Positions 59,773 to 64,000 of a stretch of DNA of 64,000 nucleotides are shown here, piece by piece. The translations under genes were made by a program, and so were the position numbers. A model generated the notes under the pieces. That model had not been told where the DNA came from. It saw nothing but the letters and a program-made list of their open reading frames with translations, and made no database searches. Each line of letters opens with the position of its first letter. Positions within the stretch are counted from its first letter, which is position 1. Source of the stretch: an uncultured Gemmatimonadales bacterium (lineage in GTDB: Bacteria > Gemmatimonadota > Gemmatimonadetes > Gemmatimonadales > GWC2-71-9). The stretch covers positions 256,001-320,000 of the forward strand of contig CAVSLV010000002.1 in assembly GCA_963728915.1 (NCBI GenBank), in the 5' to 3' direction.

Positions 59773-61755
59773 GTGACCCATCCCTGTCCCCGATGCGAGA
59801 GCCCGGTCCCGGCGGAAGCCTCCTTCTGTCCCGGCTGCGGCGTCTCCACCTCGGCGCCGATCCTCGACGAGACCCTGCTGGGCGCCACCCGGGGCGACGC
59901 CGGCACTCCGAGCTACGAGCTCGCGCCGGAACGGCTCCAGGCGGCCCTGGGACCGAGCTATCAGCTGGGCCGGCTGCTGGGACGCGGCGGCTACGCCGAA
60001 GTGTTCACCGTGCGCGATCTTCGCCTCGAGCGGGAGCTGGCGGTCAAGGTTCTCCGTCCCGATCTCATCCTTTCCGAACAGCTGGTCAGTCGGTTCCGCC
60101 GGGAGGCCCTCGCGGTGGGCGCGGTCCAGAATCCGCACATCGTGCCGGTCTACGACGTGGGGGAGTCGCAGGGCGTGCTCTGGATTCTCATGCCCCTCAT
60201 CCAGGGGGAAACCCTCAAGGGCGTTCTCGCGAGAGAGGGCCGGTTGCCGGTTTCGGAAGTGCGGCGGATTCTGCTCGACGCGGCGAACGGGCTGCACGCC
60301 GCCCACCAGGCCGGCGTGATCCATCGCGACATCAAACCCGAAAACCTCATGATCGAGGGAGCGACCGGGCGGGTGATGCTGATGGATTTCGGGATCGCCA
60401 AGGCGATCGATGCCGGCGGGGATCATTCGCTCACCGGGACCGGCGTGATCATCGGCACCCCGCGCTACATGAGTCCCGAGCAGGCCACCGGCAAGCAGGC
60501 CCTGACCCAGGCGACCGATCAGTACTCGCTGGCCGTGGTGGGATACCAGATGCTCTCGGGCCGGGTGCCGTTCGAGGGAGAAAACGTCCGGGAGGTGATG
60601 ACCAGGCAGCTCTTCGACGAGCCGATCCCGCTCTCCCGGATGCTGCCCGACGTTCCGCCCGAGATCTCCTCCACCATCCATTGCGGGTTACGCAAGGATC
60701 CGGAGCGCCGGTTCGGGTCGATGGACGAATTCGCCCGCGCCCTCCAGGGCGAAGCGGTGACTTCGAAGGATCGCAAGGCGATCCGGAAAGGCTCTGCCAC
60801 TCCCGCGATGCCGAAAGCGGGCCGGGGATGGGCCGCGCTCGCGGTGTGGGCCGTGGTGCTGGGTGGAGGCGTCTACGGCGCCGCCAAGGCCGGGATCTTC
60901 CGCGATCGGGGGACCGCCACCATCGACTCGACCGGGGTGCCGCCCGCGGCGACCCCGGGCCAGGGGCCTGGGGCGGACAACCGCCCGGCCCGTCCGCCGA
61001 TCCGCCCGTCCGCCCGTCCGTCTGGGGCAACCCGCGACACCGCCTCCGCTGGAGCGGTTCCGGTGAGCGCCGCGCCGGCGAGCTGCGATGAAGCGATGCG
61101 GAAGGAAGACTGGACCGCCGCGTTTACCCGCTGCAGTGCGGAAGCCGATTCGAGCAGCGCCGCCCGTCGCAACCTGGGCATCCTCTACGCCGAAGGCAAC
61201 GGAGTGGCCCGGAACGACCGGCTCGCCTCGGTGCATCTCGGGCTCGCGGCCCAGGACCAGCTTCTCCCCGACACCCAGGCCGTCGTCCTGATGGCGGAGC
61301 GCTATGACAGGGGACTGGGAATCGCGGGGGGCCCCGACCGGGAAAAGGGTGCCGGGTTATGGGAAGTGGCCGCCGCGATGGGGGTGGCCAAGGCCTGGCC
61401 CATCATCGCGGCGCGCTACGCCATGGGCGATGGGCGGCGAAAGAACGAAGCGGTGGCCGCCCGATGGTATGAAAAGGCCGCCGCCGGGGGAGACGTCCAC
61501 TCCATGCTCCGGCTGGCGGAGCTGCTGGATCGCGGCCAGGGAGTCAAGAAGGACGAAACCGCGGCGGGCCAATGGTACAGCCGGGCGGCGGAGCTGCGTG
61601 ACCCCGAAGGAGAGTACCAGATTGCGATCCGGCTGCTCACCGGCAAGGGAGGCTTCGTGAAGGACGAGGCCACCGGGATGCAGTGGCTCCATCGCGCCGC
61701 CGAGCACGGTCACAGCGAAGCGATCAAGGAGCTGGCCCGCCGGGGCGGAGGCTGA
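59773..61755 (+). CDS. Zn-ribbon, Ser/Thr kinase, TM helix and SEL1-like repeat protein (tandem paralog)
   Basis: CPRC..CPGC, GRGGYAEVF, HRDIKPEN, DFG and SEL1 repeats (WYEKAAAGG, WLHRAAEHG). Confidence 0.93.
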   Translation: MTHPCPRCESPVPAEASFCPGCGVSTSAPILDETLLGATRGDAGTPSYELAPERLQAALGPSYQLGRLLGRGGYAEVFTVRDLRLERELAVKVLRPDLILSEQLVSRFRREALAVGAVQNPHIVPVYDVGESQGVLWILMPLIQGETLKGVLAREGRLPVSEVRRILLDAANGLHAAHQAGVIHRDIKPENLMIEGATGRVMLMDFGIAKAIDAGGDHSLTGTGVIIGTPRYMSPEQATGKQALTQATDQYSLAVVGYQMLSGRVPFEGENVREVMTRQLFDEPIPLSRMLPDVPPEISSTIHCGLRKDPERRFGSMDEFARALQGEAVTSKDRKAIRKGSATPAMPKAGRGWAALAVWAVVLGGGVYGAAKAGIFRDRGTATIDSTGVPPAATPGQGPGADNRPARPPIRPSARPSGATRDTASAGAVPVSAAPASCDEAMRKEDWTAAFTRCSAEADSSSAARRNLGILYAEGNGVARNDRLASVHLGLAAQDQLLPDTQAVVLMAERYDRGLGIAGGPDREKGAGLWEVAAAMGVAKAWPIIAARYAMGDGRRKNEAVAARWYEKAAAGGDVHSMLRLAELLDRGQGVKKDETAAGQWYSRAAELRDPEGEYQIAIRLLTGKGGFVKDEATGMQWLHRAAEHGHSEAIKELARRGGG

Positions 61756-62724
61756 CTACTTCACCGTCCAGACCATCGCCCACCCCACCGCAATCCAGGT
61801 GATCTCGCGGATCCGGGTCAGCAGGGCCGCGGCGAGTCCCAGCGCCGGATCGATGCCCAGCAAGTGGAAGATCAGATAGGATCCGCCTTCCCGGGTGCCG
61901 ATCTCGAACGGCACGAAGATCAGCGCATTCACGACCAGCGAGGCAAAGCTCGCCACCACGAGGGCCCGCCAGGGATCCATTCCCAGACCTAACCCGTAGA
62001 GAATCACCCAGTACTCGCCGAGCGTGAGCAACCGGGCGGCCATCTCGGCGGCGAACGCCAGGTAGAACCGGCTCGGCGCGCGGTGGTAGATCTCGGTGAC
62101 GTGCTGGTCGATTTCGTGCAGCGCTTCGGCCTGGGGCTCGAGTCGGGCCGCCAGCCGCTTGAGGAGCGGGAGGCGCTTCAGGAGATGGAGCAGCTGGAGG
62201 GCCATGCCTTCCCGATGGCGGGAGAGGAAGAAGAGCGTGAGCCCCACCATGACGGCCCCGGTCAGCAGAATGGCCGAGTCCGCGAGGAGGCTGTTGGGCA
62301 GGAGAATCGCCGCGGGAATCAGGGCGATGAGCCAGCATACCACATGGACCAGGGAATGCAGCAGGCGGAAGGCGACGATCGAGCCCACCGCGCGACGGCG
62401 TCCGAGCGCCGGGGTCGCGGCCATGACTTTGAGCGGTTCGCCGCCGAAGCTCAGGAAGGGGGTCGAGTAGTTCACCGCGAACGCGATGACCGTCATGCGC
62501 ATGGCGCGCAGAAGGGGGATCGGAGTGCCGCCCGCTGAGGTGAGCTGCCGCCAGGCGATCGAGTTGAGCAGATAGACGGCGGCCCAGAGCGGGATGAGCG
62601 CCACCGCGACCCACCACGAGCCGCTCAGGCCGTCCCAGATGGTGGCCGGCCCGACCTTCCAGATCATCAGGGTGACCACGGCCGCGCCGAGAAGGAGCAG
62701 GCCGAGCCGGAGCTCCCGGCTCAT
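61756..62724 (-). CDS. Lysylphosphatidylglycerol synthase TM / flippase-like membrane protein
   Basis: Multi-TM protein with NYSTP...GGEPLK, FVPFEIGTREG and RIREITW. Confidence 0.82.
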   Translation of the reverse strand: MSRELRLGLLLLGAAVVTLMIWKVGPATIWDGLSGSWWVAVALIPLWAAVYLLNSIAWRQLTSAGGTPIPLLRAMRMTVIAFAVNYSTPFLSFGGEPLKVMAATPALGRRRAVGSIVAFRLLHSLVHVVCWLIALIPAAILLPNSLLADSAILLTGAVMVGLTLFFLSRHREGMALQLLHLLKRLPLLKRLAARLEPQAEALHEIDQHVTEIYHRAPSRFYLAFAAEMAARLLTLGEYWVILYGLGLGMDPWRALVVASFASLVVNALIFVPFEIGTREGGSYLIFHLLGIDPALGLAAALLTRIREITWIAVGWAMVWTVK

Positions 62725-62837
62725 TCCGGTGTGCTCAAAGAGTCATTCCGTGTGAGGAGTACGACACAAGCGACCTGCGATAATAACCCCGCCTCACGAT
62801 CCAGCCGAGCCCGAGCGTGAAGATTGCGACACGCCGG

Positions 62838-62852
62838 GCAATCAACATGCCG
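62838..62852 (-). promoter_or_regulatory. Putative sigma54 (-24/-12) promoter
   Basis: Minus strand CGGCATGTTGATTGC matches GG-N10-GC with TTGC, about 115 bp upstream of the 62724 start. Confidence 0.5.
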
Positions 62853-62877
62853 CCCGGTGGTTCGTATGTTTAGCACT

Positions 62878-64000
62878 ATGGCCATGGGTCTCCCTCGCCG
62901 GCTCGCGATCATCGCGGCGAGCTTGGCCGTCGGTCTGGTGCTCGTCGCTACCGAGATCTCCCTTTCGCTCTCGGAACGTTCCCGCCTGGAAGATCTTCGA
63001 CTCGAGGCCCTTACGATTTCGTCGGCGCTGGCCGACTATCTCAATCTCGCCGCGCCCAGCGGGGCGCCGGACGAGTATGAAGACGCCCTGGCCGACTGGA
63101 GCGGATTGCGCCTCCGGTCGACCGCGGCGGCCCTGTTCCAGGTCGAGCGAGGCGGAAGCTCGCGCTTCGTCGCCGCCACCGATTCTCTCGAGGAGCGCGT
63201 GCTGTCGGCGGAAGACCGGGAAGCGATCGCCCGGCGCCAGCCGGTCGCCTGGCAGGAGAAAGGCGAACGACCGGCGTGGCACGTGGCCCAGCCGCTCGGC
63301 GGAACCCGGATCAATGGCCTCCTCACCCTCCGGCTTTCGACGGCGCGGCTGCACGAATGGGCAACCGAAGAACGCCGCCGGAGCTATGTGGTCGCCTTCC
63401 TCGCTGCCCTGGTGCTGGCGGGCAGCGTCGCCTGGCTCACCAGCCGTTGGGTGGGCACCCCGCTCCGTGCGGTCGGAGAAGCGATGGCCGGCGCGCGGGC
63501 CGGCGCCCGACTCGGGCCGGCCGCCCCGGAAATCGGGCCTCCCGAGTTCCGCACCCTGGCCCGCCGCTACAACGAGCTGCGGAGCTCTCTGGCGGACCTC
63601 GAGCGGGAGAGCGAAGCGCGAGGAGCGCTGCTCGCACTGGAAGAGCGAGCCCGTGGACTGGAGCGCCTGGCGCTGGTCGAGGAAGCGTCGAGCAGCTTTG
63701 CCCACGAAATTGGAACTCCGCTCAGCACCATGAACGGTCATTTTCAGATGCTTCGAGAAGACTTGAATGTGCTGGGCGCCTCGGAACCCGCCCATCGGGT
63801 CGAGCTGGTGCTGGGACAGGTGGAGCGGGTAACCGGGATCGTCCGGGCCTGGCTGACCCGAAGCTCCTGGCCCAGCCCTGAGGTCGGCTCCATCGACCTC
63901 CGGCAGGCGGTGACCAGGGTGCTGGAGTTCATGGAACCCCCTCTGCTGGCGGCGAATGTTTCGACCAGCGTCGAGGACGATCCGTTGCATCCGACCCATG
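62878..64000 (+). CDS. Sensor histidine kinase (TM-sensor-TM-HAMP-HisKA), 3'-truncated and absent from the ORF track
   Basis: Translated by hand: MAMGLPRRLAIIAASLAVGLV..., HAMP-like PLRAVGEAM...PEFRTLARRYNEL and H-box FAHEIGTPLSTM. The frame is open to the window end. Confidence 0.9.
   Translation, partial: MAMGLPRRLAIIAASLAVGLVLVATEISLSLSERSRLEDLRLEALTISSALADYLNLAAPSGAPDEYEDALADWSGLRLRSTAAALFQVERGGSSRFVAATDSLEERVLSAEDREAIARRQPVAWQEKGERPAWHVAQPLGGTRINGLLTLRLSTARLHEWATEERRRSYVVAFLAALVLAGSVAWLTSRWVGTPLRAVGEAMAGARAGARLGPAAPEIGPPEFRTLARRYNELRSSLADLERESEARGALLALEERARGLERLALVEEASSSFAHEIGTPLSTMNGHFQMLREDLNVLGASEPAHRVELVLGQVERVTGIVRAWLTRSSWPSPEVGSIDLRQAVTRVLEFMEPPLLAANVSTSVEDDPLHPTH

Noticed and set aside
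1372..61996. Telomeric or eukaryotic contamination suggested by GGGTTAGGG
   Set aside because: The copies are isolated, never tandem, and embedded in-frame in bacterial genes.
62842..63999. 385-aa minus-strand ORF in the track
   Set aside because: It is the antisense shadow of the plus-strand histidine kinase, which the track missed because its stop lies outside the window.

Overview
GC-rich (about 68-69% by eye) bacterial chromosomal window. The gene content suggests Gemmatimonadota or a similar soil lineage (inference): many Hanks-type Ser/Thr kinases, PQQ/NHL/HupE-UreJ periplasmic genes and a MoxR-VWA operon. About 43 coding regions are supported. They include a family-5 UDG, a periplasmic redox/hydrolase neighbourhood (NHL proteins, HupE/UreJ, cytochrome c, PQQ dehydrogenase, M28 peptidase, IorAB-type molybdoenzyme), a two-gene RCK/RyR-domain module, DinB-DCC-msrA, PadR, ahcY, an Lhr-type helicase, a kinase/M23/aminotransferase fusion, an NYN nuclease, an eight-gene MoxR/DUF58/VWA/DUF4159/peptidase operon, efp, tandem Zn-ribbon-kinase-SEL1 paralogs and a partial histidine kinase. 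Six of the first seven genes are frameshifted, probably from sequencing or assembly error. No rRNA, tRNA, CRISPR array, integrase or transposase was seen. Three observations stand out. (1) The non-palindromic motif CGGGTTAGG (core CGGGTTA) is strongly over-represented, with 18 copies of the 9-mer and 38 of the 7-mer by hand count, on both strands and in several reading frames where it uses rare codons. (2) The NYN nuclease is preceded by a tandem-hairpin/terminator leader reminiscent of RNA-antitoxin systems. (3) A patch of gene debris at 36.1-37.5 kb has this motif or variants at most junctions and contains a scrambled paralog of a nearby gene in which a 47-bp segment has been moved and inverted.
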